From positions 7,836 through 71,835 of the IMG/VR virus record IMGVR_UViG_3300029984_000008: a stretch of 64,000 bases of DNA; one strand, 5' to 3'. The notes under the pieces were generated by a model that worked only from the letters and a program-made list of their open reading frames with translations, was not told the DNA's origin and searched no databases. Each line of letters opens with the position of its first letter. Within the stretch, counting starts at the first letter, position 1. The translations under genes and the position numbers were made by a program. The DNA is from a virus. Below, one piece after another: positions 18,241 to 29,176 of this stretch.

Positions 18241-21200
18241 ATGACAAAAGGAACAGACCAAAAGAGCGCAGAGACAAATAATGTAACAGATAACATAGCA
18301 GAGTTTAAATATGTAGATGCTTTTCATCAAAACCCAAAAACAGGGGATAGAACCAAATGGATAAGACTTGAGGTAGGCGAAGCAATAGAGAAGTACAGAA
18401 GCCAGTGTAACAACTATAATGTATTTAATACAGTACAGCTATATAGGAATAAAGTAAGGCAAGCAGGCAATGAGCCGATGTATATGCCTTTATATTTTGA
18501 CATAGACTCTAAGATGCTACTTGCAGCCGATTATACAACTACACCAGCTGCACCAGGGCTTATAGAGGCTGGCTGTGTAAAAGCAGCAGAGCTACAAGGA
18601 ATACTACCAGCTGAGCTTTTAGCACATGTCAGCAATAGTGAAATGGGGATACCCTTAACACAGGACACATGTACTAAAATCAATCAAGTAATAGACGCCT
18701 CTAACTTAAACGATTTTGTTTGGATAAGAAATCTAGAACAGAGTAGAGCAGACGCTGTTAAAATTATAAGATTCTTTAGAGATAGGTTTGGTTTTACTGA
18801 GGATGAAATAAGAGTATACTTCAGTGGCTCTAAAGGATTTCACCTATTGGTTAATCCAGTAGTGCTCGGTATAAAACCTGATAAAAACCTACACAGAGTA
18901 TATAAATTGATAGCAACCTATTTAGAAACACAGCTAGGCTTAAAATGTTTAGACACTGCCTCCATATATGGACATAGCCGCCAACTAAGGCTACAAAACT
19001 CAATACATTACAAATCAGGTCTCTTCAAAGTAGAGCTTACACCTGCAGAGCTTATGGGGGATATTAGAGATATAATTACTAATATAGCAAAATCCCCTAG
19101 AGGGGACATATACCCACCAGAACAAGTAGAGTATCAACTAAATGTAAAAGCTAATGAGTGGTACCTAACTAAAGTACAAGAATACACAGAGGCTAAAAGA
19201 TTGGAAGATACCAGAGCTTCTATAACTGATGATGTGCTATCTAGTATGGAGAGTGTACCAACATGCGTACAATATGTACTAGACAAAGGTATCCTCAAAA
19301 ATGGCGATAGAAACAAAGCTACAATGGCCCTAGCCTCCTATTATAAAGGTATAGGCACAACTGTAGGTGAAACTTGTGATATATTGACAGCCTGGGCTAA
19401 GAAAATACCAGCATCAATGACCTCTAGCTCAAGTACTGAGGTCGAAGCATCTACTATATCTTGTGTAAAAACAGTTTATCAGGAAGATAGGTATAAGTTC
19501 CACTGTGCATATATTAGAAGCTTGCACGGAGATAAGAACGGCCAAGGCTATGAAAATATACCATGTAGTGGTAGGGGCTGCCCTGCACACTCAGACCATG
19601 CTATAGAAGCAGAGCCAGCTGAGTTTATGCACCTATCACAAACAGGTAGGGCAGAGTATACAGGTAAGAAGGTAGCCTTTAATGCCTTAGTTAGTGGCAA
19701 GATGGATACACCTTATATAATACCAAGCAAGGTTAGATTTACATGTCACCATGAAGAAGATTGTCAAAAGCCTTGTATATTACATGACTACAGCGGAATG
19801 TATGAAAAGGAATTTCATGAAAATGACAGCTTTCTAATTGAGGCTACTAACCAAAATGCTACACAGCTAAAAGGTATATTAAGATATCATAGTGGAGCTA
19901 GCTGCACTAAAGTAGTTCACGAAGTTATAGACACAGTTAATATAAGTGAGCTGCTAGTAGTACCAATGGCAGAGCGTATTAAGTCTGTGAAGACCTCTGA
20001 GGATGGCCCTATAGTAGATATAGATGAAAGCGGTAATGAATATGTTACACGTAAAATTTATGCTGTAGGGGATGACGTAAAGTCTAATAGTCACTATAGA
20101 ATAGAGGGCTATGTATACCCACACCCAAAGAATAGAATGGCTACACTACTAAGTCAAGCGCAGGAGCCTCTACAAGATAGTGTTTCTAGGTTTGAGCTCA
20201 CTGACGAAATAAAGGACAGCTTTAAAGTACTTCAAGTGCAGCCAGGAGAGACCCTAGACGATAGAATAAGCTTAATTGTAGACGACCTAGTAAACAATGT
20301 CACCCTAGTAAGAGATAGGTTTGCACCACACTTAGCAGTGCTTTTAACTTACCACTCATGCTTGAATTATTACTTTCAGGGGCAACTTGAAAAGAGAGGC
20401 TGGGTAGAAACTATTCTTGTAGGGGACAGCGGTCAGGCTAAGAGCCAATTGGTGTCAAATATTATGGAATTTAGTGGCTTAGGTAGCTTAGCTTCAGGTG
20501 AAGGTGCCAGTCGTACAGGTCTTGTTTATAGATTGGACCAATTTGGTGACCGCTGGTTTATTACCTGGGGTAAGTACCCTTTATCTGATAGAAAACTTAT
20601 TGCAATAGATGAGTTTTCAGAGCTAGACCCTGAAGACTTTGGAAAGATTACAGAGGCTAGAACCACTGGGGTACTAAGAGTAGATAGGACAGTAAATGCA
20701 GAGACAAATGCCAGAGTAAGAACTATACTTATGACTAACCCAGCAAAAGCAAAAGAACTAAGTAGTTTTACTCATGGTGTGGAAGCACTGAAGCCCTTAT
20801 TTGCCTCTCCAGCAGATATTAGAAGACTAGACCTAGCTGTATTTCTAGAGTCTGGGGACGTTTCAAAGGATGTATTAAATGCAGAGTATGAGAAATCAAC
20901 TAAACAGCTAATAGACTCTACAGTATTTAGAGACTCAATACTGTGGGCCTGGAGCCGTAGTGCTAGTGATATAGAAATAGATAAGAAAACTATGAAGGCT
21001 ATACTAGCAAAAGCCGAGTCTCTTGGTGAAAAGTATGGCTATTCAAAGGACGTACCGCTAATGGAACCTGCAGACTTGCGTAAGAAAATAGCCAGACTAG
21101 CAATAGCTCTAGCTGCCTTAGTGCATTCTACAGATGAAACACATACTAAGGTTATAGTTAAAAAAGAGCATGTAGATGCAGTAGAAGATTTTATAACTAT

Positions 21201-21525
21201 CATATATGATGATAACAACTGTAGGTTAGATGAATATTCCGCACGAAGTCGTGCAGAGTCTGAGCTTACAGATGAAGAGAGAGCTGAGGTATCTAAAGCA
21301 TTAAAAGCCTTAGACTTTGGTGATAACGCTGCAGTATCTGCAGAAATATTAGCACTCTTCAGGAGAAATGACATATTGAAGCCTAACGAGATTATGGATA
21401 TGTTAGGTTATGACCGTGCTCAGGTAACTGCTAGACTAGCTATATTAAATAAGCATAGCATGACAAAGAGCACCAGGTCAGGTCTTAAGAAGCTACCAAA
21501 GTTTATAGACTTTTTAATGCAATAA
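18241..21525 (+). CDS. AEP primase fused to MCM-family helicase
   Basis: AEP motifs LYFDID and FSGSKGFHL; PriCT-like RN..T..LA; Zn-finger Cys cluster; MCM Walker A GDSGQAKS, Walker B IAIDEF and Arg finger RRLDL. ATG at 18241 follows a GGGGG RBS. Confidence 0.85.
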   Translation: MTKGTDQKSAETNNVTDNIAEFKYVDAFHQNPKTGDRTKWIRLEVGEAIEKYRSQCNNYNVFNTVQLYRNKVRQAGNEPMYMPLYFDIDSKMLLAADYTTTPAAPGLIEAGCVKAAELQGILPAELLAHVSNSEMGIPLTQDTCTKINQVIDASNLNDFVWIRNLEQSRADAVKIIRFFRDRFGFTEDEIRVYFSGSKGFHLLVNPVVLGIKPDKNLHRVYKLIATYLETQLGLKCLDTASIYGHSRQLRLQNSIHYKSGLFKVELTPAELMGDIRDIITNIAKSPRGDIYPPEQVEYQLNVKANEWYLTKVQEYTEAKRLEDTRASITDDVLSSMESVPTCVQYVLDKGILKNGDRNKATMALASYYKGIGTTVGETCDILTAWAKKIPASMTSSSSTEVEASTISCVKTVYQEDRYKFHCAYIRSLHGDKNGQGYENIPCSGRGCPAHSDHAIEAEPAEFMHLSQTGRAEYTGKKVAFNALVSGKMDTPYIIPSKVRFTCHHEEDCQKPCILHDYSGMYEKEFHENDSFLIEATNQNATQLKGILRYHSGASCTKVVHEVIDTVNISELLVVPMAERIKSVKTSEDGPIVDIDESGNEYVTRKIYAVGDDVKSNSHYRIEGYVYPHPKNRMATLLSQAQEPLQDSVSRFELTDEIKDSFKVLQVQPGETLDDRISLIVDDLVNNVTLVRDRFAPHLAVLLTYHSCLNYYFQGQLEKRGWVETILVGDSGQAKSQLVSNIMEFSGLGSLASGEGASRTGLVYRLDQFGDRWFITWGKYPLSDRKLIAIDEFSELDPEDFGKITEARTTGVLRVDRTVNAETNARVRTILMTNPAKAKELSSFTHGVEALKPLFASPADIRRLDLAVFLESGDVSKDVLNAEYEKSTKQLIDSTVFRDSILWAWSRSASDIEIDKKTMKAILAKAESLGEKYGYSKDVPLMEPADLRKKIARLAIALAALVHSTDETHTKVIVKKEHVDAVEDFITIIYDDNNCRLDEYSARSRAESELTDEERAEVSKALKALDFGDNAAVSAEILALFRRNDILKPNEIMDMLGYDRAQVTARLAILNKHSMTKSTRSGLKKLPKFIDFLMQ

Positions 21526-21653
21526 AAATTATATGAGGCAACCACTGAGGGGAGACAACTAAGCCCCTCTTTTTTATGTTGACAAATTGTTCAATGTTGT
21601 TTAAACTTGTATATATAGACAGTAATAAACAAATGGTATAGGAGGAGTTAATT

Positions 21654-21932
21654 ATGATGGAAAGTGGAATATTCTTAGAAGAGCAAGTGCAACAATTTTG
21701 TTCTAAGTACAACAAAGAAGAGGGCTATATATGGCAGGCTATAAATAGCATCCATACAAAGACCTATAACAGAAATATTATGTGGGAAAAGCAAAAAGAA
21801 GAGCAAGAAAATAATACAGGGGACATACCTATGGCACAAGCATTTGCAAAGGCACAGTTAGTACACAATGTTATAAGCATTCTAAGGGGGCTAACAAATT
21901 GCTGTGAGCACGGGTGGAGCCTGGAAGATTAA
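21654..21932 (+). CDS. Hypothetical protein
   Basis: RBS AGGAGG; promoter TTGACA-17-TAAACT at 21579-21607. Confidence 0.6.
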   Translation: MMESGIFLEEQVQQFCSKYNKEEGYIWQAINSIHTKTYNRNIMWEKQKEEQENNTGDIPMAQAFAKAQLVHNVISILRGLTNCCEHGWSLED

Positions 21933-22326
21933 TCAAAAGGAGCTGGAATATATGATTACACCAGAAAAGATATTAGAGGATTATAAATTGCGTGTGCAAC
22001 TAATGTATGCGCAAAAGGTACCAAGTAAAGAGGTGCAGGACTTAAGCACGCAGGACGTAATGTATATAAGAGCTATACTACATCCAACAAAAAGAGTAGA
22101 ATCTAAAGCTATGACACGGGAGCTGCTTAAGTTCATATATGAAAATAAGATAGTAACCGCAGAACAGATATACGACACCTACGGCTGGAGCGACAATCCA
22201 GTAATGAAGAGACTAAAGCTGCTGAAAGGTTTTGGCTTAGTTAAAAGAGTATCTAAAAAGTACTATTTAGCTACACCGAGGCTAGGAATACTAATGACCG
22301 AGTATTTAGACGAGCTATGTAAATAA
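21904..22326 (+). CDS. Winged-helix DNA-binding protein (start may be 21952)
   Basis: ELLKFI..VTAEQI..V.KRLK.LK.FGLV.R..K.Y pattern. Confidence 0.55.
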   Translation: MSTGGAWKINQKELEYMITPEKILEDYKLRVQLMYAQKVPSKEVQDLSTQDVMYIRAILHPTKRVESKAMTRELLKFIYENKIVTAEQIYDTYGWSDNPVMKRLKLLKGFGLVKRVSKKYYLATPRLGILMTEYLDELCK

Positions 22327-22346
22327 GACAGAGGAGCTGGGGGAAA

Positions 22347-25300
22347 ATGGGAAATTTATCAATGCTAAAAAAGAAAATAGAAGACCAGAAAAATAAAAAG
22401 CCAACTAATAATGATATAGATGCTGGTACAGGCATCGGAATTACGCGTAAGAGGACGCCTGTGCAATTAAAAGAGGTTACCGAGGCCAATTTATCGACCA
22501 CTATAGTGGCACCTCTTAAAAAGGCTGTAAAGCCTATTGTAAAAGCAGTGGCCTCTACAGGTGGATTGCCTGAAAGTGGCTACCATATTATAAGTAGAAA
22601 TGAACCTGAGAAGCTTGAGCTTCTAAGACAGCATATAATAAAAGGGGGCATATGTGCCCTAGACTATGAAACAGACGGGGACCCAGATGATGAAGCACAG
22701 GACCCACAAGACCATCATTTAACTATGGTGTCATTTGCCTATAAGGTGGGTCAAGCTTTCTGTATGCCTTTGGCTATGGATAGCTATGGAGCTAATTGGA
22801 ACCTAGACGAATTTATAAAGGACTTTATGAAGCCTATAATGGAAGACCCTAATATTTTATTGGTCATCCACAACGTTAGACATAATTGATGTTGTAAAAC
22901 CCCTCTCACAACGGTGAATCCTAAGTTGAAAGATAAGGTAACGCCGTGTCTACAGTAATGGTGACATTAGCTGGGATGTAACGACTGATACGAGCCTTTG
23001 CAGGGCAAGTAGAGAAGTGATGTAAAAAATAAATTAAAGTAGGTGATATGATGATATGTACTAAATGTGGAGCAGATAAGACACCTGAAGAGTTTGCTAC
23101 TTTCTTAGTTAAAGGCGAAAGACGCTTAAGAGGTCATTGTAAAGTCTGTGAAAAAGATTATAAACATGCATGGAGAGAAAAGAATATAGAAAAGTGTTTA
23201 GCTCACTCTAGGGAATGGAGAGAGCAAGACCCTGAGGCATATAAAGCGTATTTAAAGCAAAACTATAAAGAGCATAAAGATGAGCGCATAGCTAAAGAGA
23301 AGGTCAGGCTTAGCACACCTGAAGGAAAGGCCAGGCGTAATGCTAATTCAAGAAAATATAGGCGCACAGCGGAGGGCAAGCTGAAGGAGAATACCAGAGC
23401 TAAAGTTAATGCAGCTATTAAGTATGGTAAGCTAGTAAAGCCCACTAATTGCACTATATGTGGTAAAGAATGTAATACTGAAGCCCACCATGTAGACTAC
23501 AATAAACCTTTTGAAATTACATGGTTATGCAAGCAGTGTCACGAGAATATACATCACTTAAATGAGGGGCAAGAGTCCTAGGGGGTAACTGCAAACAAAC
23601 CTCCTGCAAAAGGGTTCTTGAAGGCATAGTCTGTGCCACTAGAAATAGTGGAATTACATGAAAGCAGAGCATGAGTGGTCAATGTTATATGGAATTGATA
23701 TGTTTGACAAAGCCTGCAATGGTAAGGTAATGGATACTATGATAATGGTAAAAGCTGCAGCATTAGATGAGAATATAGTGCCTATGAATGATGGTTATGA
23801 AGTCCAAGTAGGGCTAAAGCCAGCAACTAAGGCTCTGCTAGCTGATAAAGATGGTATGGTACACGGCCTTATACACGTAGATGATATAAAGAGTTTTAAA
23901 GAGACAGTAGGCAAGCATAACTGGGAAGAACCTACAGGTGAGTTTTATAAGTCAGGTCCTAACAAAGGGCTGCCTAAAACTAAGAAGTTCTCACGAAGCA
24001 GAACATTTAATGAGCTACCTATAACTCAGGAAATTATAGACTACAGCTGCTCAGATAGTGACTGGGCACTTGGGATATACTATAAGCTCTTACCTATACT
24101 AATAGCTGAAGGTATGATGGAAGTAATAACAGAGATAGACATACCTAGAATGATGGTATTAGGTGAGTATGAGCTTGCTGGTTGGAAAATAAATCCTAAT
24201 AAGCTTATAGCTATGGGGCATATAGCCGACAGAGCCTTAAAAGGTGAATATGATGATGCAGGGACCCTAATAAAAGAGGGGCTTGAAGCTAAGCTACAAG
24301 AAGTATTAGTTGAAGTCACCAGGGGCTATGCAGACATGAAAGAGGACGGCCAGGTAATAGTACCAGCAGGTAGCTACGACATGGGAAAATGGAAAGGTGA
24401 CCCTACTATACTAAAAATATCGACACCGAGACCCTTTACCTGGGGAAGCACACAGCATTTAGCATGGCTATTTTTCCACGTGCTTAAGGTATCCACTGCA
24501 GGCCTTGATAGGTCTAAGACCACAGGGATGCCTGCAACAGGTAAAAAGAATATAGATGCTATCATAGAGAGCTATGAAGCGAGCAGCGATAATAAATTTA
24601 TGAAAGTTTTAAATGAGAAAAGAAAATATGATAAAATTAAAAGCACTTACGTGGGAAGCTATGATGATGAATCTGGTAAATATGTAGGGGGTATGCTTCA
24701 GTTCTGTAGAGCAGATACGCATAAGCTGCATACATGCCTAAACCTAGTAAACACATGGAGGCTAGCGTCTAAGAAACCAAATCTTCAGAACATACCTCGT
24801 GCTGATAATGACCCGATGGGTATACGTGGTGTATTTGAAGCTCCAGACTATGACCCTAAGAAGGACTACAGCGGCCTCAGAAGCCCTTTGACTAGACCTA
24901 CAGTATATATAAATACTAATAAACTATCAGGCAAAACTGTCTGGGTAGGCGCTGATTATTCACAAGTAGAATTAAAAGTGCTAGCCTGGTATGCAGGAGA
25001 GCAAGGTATGATAGATGTATTAGCTCACGGAGGCGACTTACACGCGAAAGCTGCACTAGATGTATTTAAGCTACCTTGTAAACTTGAAGAAGTGGCAAAA
25101 TTATACAAGCCAGCCAGGTATAGAGCTAAAAAGGTAAACTTTGGATTAGTTTATGGAATGACAGAATATGGATTATCAGCTGACCCTAAGATGTGTATGA
25201 CTGTGGACGAGGCTAAAAACTTTATAGCTCAGTACATGGCTACTTATCCAGGGGTTAGACAGTACCAACATGACCTTATAGCATATGCTAGACAACACGG

Positions 25301-25781
25301 TTACGTTGAGACTATGTTTGGCCACCGAAGACCTATACCTGAAATAAATAGTCCCAATAAGTGGCTAAGAAAAAAAGGTGAAAATAAAGCAATGAACACA
25401 CCTATTCAGGGCTCAGCGGCTGATATTATAGCTGCAGCTATGGTAAACCTAAGAAGAGAAGCACCTAAGTGGCTAAAGCCAGTTATACAAATACATGATG
25501 AATTAATGTGTGAGACACCAGTAGAGTATGCTATAGAAGGTTGCAAGATATTACAGTCTATTATGGAAAGACCAGTAGACGGCTTCAGTGATATAATGCC
25601 TCTAATAGCAGAGCCTTCAGTGGGTAAGATATGGAGCCACGCGCTAGACTTAAAGCATGATGAACACGGGGCACCATATGTACACCCTAAGGAAACTCGT
25701 AAAGAAGCTACAGACGTAACTTACGACGATATTAAACCTGATATGCACCTATTTAAGTTAGCAGGGATTGAGGTGCGTTGA
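22347..25781 (+). CDS. polA: Family A DNA polymerase, spliced: exon 1 22347-22877, exon 2 23661-25781 (883 aa)
   Basis: Exo I motif LDYET; the splice joins HNV|KAE (exo II); polymerase motifs RL.S.KPNLQNIP, ADYSQVEL, AKKVNFGLVYG, NTPIQGSAAD and QIHDE. Confidence 0.92.
22878..23660 (+). mobile_element. Group I intron (783 nt) in polA
   Basis: P1 caacgtT/Gatgttg with U.G at the 5' splice site; R element gtaacgactga; S element aaggcatagtctg; terminal G at 23660; splicing restores the frame. Confidence 0.9.
23048..23581 (+). CDS. Intron-encoded HNH-type homing endonuclease
   Basis: N-terminal CxxC pairs; C-terminal CTICG..EAHH.DY.KP..I.WLC..CH..H. Confidence 0.85.
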   Translation: MMICTKCGADKTPEEFATFLVKGERRLRGHCKVCEKDYKHAWREKNIEKCLAHSREWREQDPEAYKAYLKQNYKEHKDERIAKEKVRLSTPEGKARRNANSRKYRRTAEGKLKENTRAKVNAAIKYGKLVKPTNCTICGKECNTEAHHVDYNKPFEITWLCKQCHENIHHLNEGQES

Positions 25782-25782
25782 T

Positions 25783-26166
25783 ATGGCTATATTGAAGAAG
25801 AGGGTACCACAAGGTGCCCTAGTGCCCAATAGACCAGCAGCCCCAGTGACTAAGCCTCTACAGGCCAAAGACCCTGAAAAGATACTGGAGCTAATAAATA
25901 GAAGACAGAGACAGATTATAGTGCATAGTGTAATCTACTATCGTATGAACAGTAATCTACTACCAGACAAGACCTGGGACATCTGGGCTAGAGAATTAGT
26001 GGCACTACAAAAAGACCACCCAGATATAGCTGCAGAGTCAGTGTTCTGGGAGGATATGAAGGACTTTGACGGTACTACAGGCTTTCACTTAGCAGACCAT
26101 GTCTGGGGACTTAAGATAGCCCCTAGCCTCATGCGTGTGCATACTAATATAGCAGGAGGTAAATAG
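25783..26166 (+). CDS. Protein resembling isolated subdomain Ia of NAD+-dependent DNA ligase
   Basis: RQI..HS..YY..D..WD..EL..LQK.HPD; RBS GAGGTG before ATG 25783. Confidence 0.55.
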   Translation: MAILKKRVPQGALVPNRPAAPVTKPLQAKDPEKILELINRRQRQIIVHSVIYYRMNSNLLPDKTWDIWARELVALQKDHPDIAAESVFWEDMKDFDGTTGFHLADHVWGLKIAPSLMRVHTNIAGGK

Positions 26167-26169
26167 CTT

Positions 26170-26445
26170 ATGAATAGAATAATGGCATTTTGGAAATATG
26201 ATATGTACCCATACCTACTCTGGGGCGAAGTTGTAGAGTTTAAAGCTAAAGGTAGTATTGTGGCTAAAGGCTATGAACCTATGGCATTTATGCCTGAGTT
26301 TATACTAGAATACGAAGAAGGACTTAAGCTAAGTGTACGGCTAGAAACGCTTAGGAAAAACTATAATGCGCAGAAAAAAAGTCTGCTAAAGACTTACCAA
26401 GACCTAGCTACCGAGGTAGTTAGTAAGTGTATAGGAGGTAAATAA
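26170..26445 (+). CDS. Hypothetical protein
   Basis: RBS GGAGGT. Confidence 0.6.
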   Translation: MNRIMAFWKYDMYPYLLWGEVVEFKAKGSIVAKGYEPMAFMPEFILEYEEGLKLSVRLETLRKNYNAQKKSLLKTYQDLATEVVSKCIGGK

Positions 26446-26447
26446 AG

Positions 26448-27167
26448 ATGATAAGTACAAGACTTAGCCCTATGCCCTCTATGGACATAAATGAAGATTA
26501 TATTATTGACGGTATATCTATTAAAGCATTAGTTAGTGAGATAGACAAGTTTAACGGGAACTCAGTGGCTACGATAGCCCTGACTATTAAGAGGATTCCA
26601 TCCTATAGTGAGCCTTATGCCATTATAGGCAACTACCCCTATGCAATGCGCCCTGAATTTAAGTTTGATTTTATGTTTGAAATAAAGGACCTATACAGCT
26701 CTGGTACCACTATCACAGCCTACAGCACAGAACAAGTGGCTAGTGCCTTTGAGCTAAGCAAGCTGATATGTACTAGAACCAATATAACATTTAAAATAGA
26801 CTCACTAGTACAAGAGCACTGTGCCTCTGTAATAAATGGGTATGAGAAACATACAGAGGACTGGAATAAGTATTTAGCAAACTGGCATCACCAAAGGCAC
26901 TGGGAGTCATTCAGTGAAACTATGGCTGCATATGACAAGTTTTCTTGCAGCTTAAAAGGTGAGATAAAAGAGCACTTAAAACTACACTATCCTGAGGTCT
27001 TAAAAAAGATAAACGAGCTAAACAAGCAACTAGCTAAGGGGTCCGCTAGGCTAGTAGAAATAAAAGCTACTGCTTGCTTACACATGGACACAGAGTTTAG
27101 TGGAAGTTATGCCTGCAATTTCCCTAGATATGCTTATAATTTTAATGAGGAGATAAGGTATGAGTAA
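26448..27167 (+). CDS. Hypothetical protein
   Basis: RBS AGGAGGT; operon context. Confidence 0.6.
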   Translation: MISTRLSPMPSMDINEDYIIDGISIKALVSEIDKFNGNSVATIALTIKRIPSYSEPYAIIGNYPYAMRPEFKFDFMFEIKDLYSSGTTITAYSTEQVASAFELSKLICTRTNITFKIDSLVQEHCASVINGYEKHTEDWNKYLANWHHQRHWESFSETMAAYDKFSCSLKGEIKEHLKLHYPEVLKKINELNKQLAKGSARLVEIKATACLHMDTEFSGSYACNFPRYAYNFNEEIRYE

Positions 27168-27459
27168 GATATGTGCAACATGTGATACTAAGAATAGATT
27201 AGGCCTATGTCCTGGAAAAGAAGAAGACTTTAAGTACTGTTATAGAAGAGTAGGCTCTCTCGAAGGCCTAGAAGATACCATAACACCTTTTAATACAGTA
27301 GAGCAGCTATACGATAAGCTACCAGAGACCCTCTCCGATGTAGAAAAGGACAGCTTAATAATTAAAGAATACGGTGGTGCACATGTAGGAATTTTAGTTG
27401 GAAAATATAAATATTGTGGCAGGGATAAAGAATACCCTATAGGTTATATAATAAAATAA
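27160..27459 (+). CDS. Hypothetical Cys-containing protein
   Basis: RBS GAGGAG. Confidence 0.55.
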   Translation: MSKICATCDTKNRLGLCPGKEEDFKYCYRRVGSLEGLEDTITPFNTVEQLYDKLPETLSDVEKDSLIIKEYGGAHVGILVGKYKYCGRDKEYPIGYIIK

Positions 27460-27482
27460 GCTATGAAAGAAGGTGAAATAAT

Positions 27483-27641
27483 ATGCAAGTACAAATACAA
27501 TCATTAAATCAGTGGTTAAAATACTATGGCTACGTTTGGGTAGAGGGCAAAGAAGAGATTAACAAAGCTCAAATAGATGCAAACACTGCCCGTAATCAAA
27601 TTTATACCTTGTTAGCTAAGGGGGCAATCAAGCATGAATAA
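27483..27641 (+). CDS. Small hypothetical protein, 52 aa (not in ORF track)
   Basis: MQVQIQSLNQWLKYYG...; RBS AAGGTG. Confidence 0.5.
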   Translation: MQVQIQSLNQWLKYYGYVWVEGKEEINKAQIDANTARNQIYTLLAKGAIKHE

Positions 27642-27915
27642 TGATAAACTTACCACAGAGGACCTAGACTTATTCTTTAAGCAGCTCAATGAGCTAGAGA
27701 GTCAGTATATTTACTGGGCACAAGAGCCCCCAAAGAAGCTAATTATAAACCCAGGGATTATAGCTAAACTTGCTAGAGTTGAAGGATTCTACCAGAGGCC
27801 AGAGCTGCAATCTACAGTGACTATATATGCACCAGTAGTAAGACATTTTAAGCTGGAGCACACAGTGGTTACGATACGTGAGGACTATGATGAGAACTAT
27901 CTACACTTTGAATAA
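27634..27915 (+). CDS. Hypothetical protein
   Basis: RBS AAGGGGG. Confidence 0.55.
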   Translation: MNNDKLTTEDLDLFFKQLNELESQYIYWAQEPPKKLIINPGIIAKLARVEGFYQRPELQSTVTIYAPVVRHFKLEHTVVTIREDYDENYLHFE

Positions 27916-27927
27916 AGGAGAGGACCT

Positions 27928-28551
27928 ATGAAGAAACACAGAGGCTTATTTATAACTTTCGAGAAAACAGCAGAAGGCCTAGGAGGTACTCTCCAAAGCC
28001 TTCTGCTACAAAAAAACATACAAAAATTAGGAATAGAGGCCGTCCTAACCAGGGAGCCAGGGGGCACACCGTTAGGACAAGAACTCCGTAAAATATTGCT
28101 AGACCCAGCGGCACAGCTGAGTAAAGCTACTTCGCTATTTTTAATGATGGCCGACCGAAGCCAACATTATAAGGAAGTACTAAAGCCTACATTATTTAAA
28201 CGAGGTGGTATAGTAATATCTGACCGTTATTTTGACAGCTCGTTAGTGTATCAGGGTAGCTGCGAGGGCTGGAAAACTGCATTTTTATTGCAGCTACATC
28301 ATGCCGCTACGGGGTTGCTATTGCCTGACCTAACGTTTGTGCTGGATGGAAAACCATATAGAGAACTTAGTGCTCAAGACAGCTACGAGAGCAAAGGTGC
28401 TGCCTATCATGCTAAAGTAAAAGCAGGAATGCTTTACTTTGCCTCTAAGTCAGACCGCTACGTTATACTAAATGCCAATCAACCCAAAGAGGTGCTGGCA
28501 GAACAAATATTAAATATTGTTAAGACTCGTCATCCCAGTTACTTTGAGTAG
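27928..28551 (+). CDS. tmk: Thymidylate kinase family protein with aberrant P-loop
   Basis: FITFE, TREPGGT, ADR.QH, SDRY.DSS..YQG and PDLT..LD are present; the P-loop reads KTAEGLGGT. Confidence 0.85.
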   Translation: MKKHRGLFITFEKTAEGLGGTLQSLLLQKNIQKLGIEAVLTREPGGTPLGQELRKILLDPAAQLSKATSLFLMMADRSQHYKEVLKPTLFKRGGIVISDRYFDSSLVYQGSCEGWKTAFLLQLHHAATGLLLPDLTFVLDGKPYRELSAQDSYESKGAAYHAKVKAGMLYFASKSDRYVILNANQPKEVLAEQILNIVKTRHPSYFE

Positions 28552-28648
28552 CTTAATATATTATATGCCTTGCATATCATAGTATGCACAGTTTTATAAT
28601 ATGTTATTCAACTTTTAAAATAAAAATTGGAAAGTGGTGAATTATAAT

Positions 28649-29173
28649 ATGGCTATAATCACTCTACTAGCCTTTGACCCAGGGACCGCTAATATGGGAT
28701 ACTCCGTGTTAGTGGGTAATACAGCTACATCTGAAATCCACATCACTAACACCATTGGTGTACTAAATACATCAAAGCGTAAAGACGGTGTAGAGGTACA
28801 GGTTAGAGACCGAATAGACCACCTTGGCCTTAGTATACAACAAATTGTCGAAAAAGTAAACCCTACGGACATAGTTATGGAAGATTTTGTTGAACAAGGG
28901 AAGTTTGTGGGGAAGACATATAAAGAAATGGCGTTTCTAACTGAGCATATGCGCCTGCTTACTAGGCAGCTTGGGCTACCCGCTACTATATATGCAAACG
29001 GGTATTGGAAGAAGCAAACACTAGGAATCATGAGAGCTAGCAAGCTGCAAGTGCAGCATTATATTAAGCATAAACTACCAGAGGCAGCTACAGTATTACA
29101 CAAGCAACCAGACCATGTTTGGGACTCAGTGGGTATCGGTTACTGCAAATGGTTAGAAATACAGGGGGTATAG
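28649..29173 (+). CDS. ruvC: Holliday junction resolvase RuvC family
   Basis: LAFDPGTANMGYS, IVMED, WKK..G..ASK.QV and DH.WDS.GI. Confidence 0.85.
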   Translation: MAIITLLAFDPGTANMGYSVLVGNTATSEIHITNTIGVLNTSKRKDGVEVQVRDRIDHLGLSIQQIVEKVNPTDIVMEDFVEQGKFVGKTYKEMAFLTEHMRLLTRQLGLPATIYANGYWKKQTLGIMRASKLQVQHYIKHKLPEAATVLHKQPDHVWDSVGIGYCKWLEIQGV

Positions 29174-29176
29174 GAT

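Noticed and set aside
22347-25781. polA as a pseudogene or two separate genes
   Set aside because: Group I intron elements and an in-frame splice junction explain the break.
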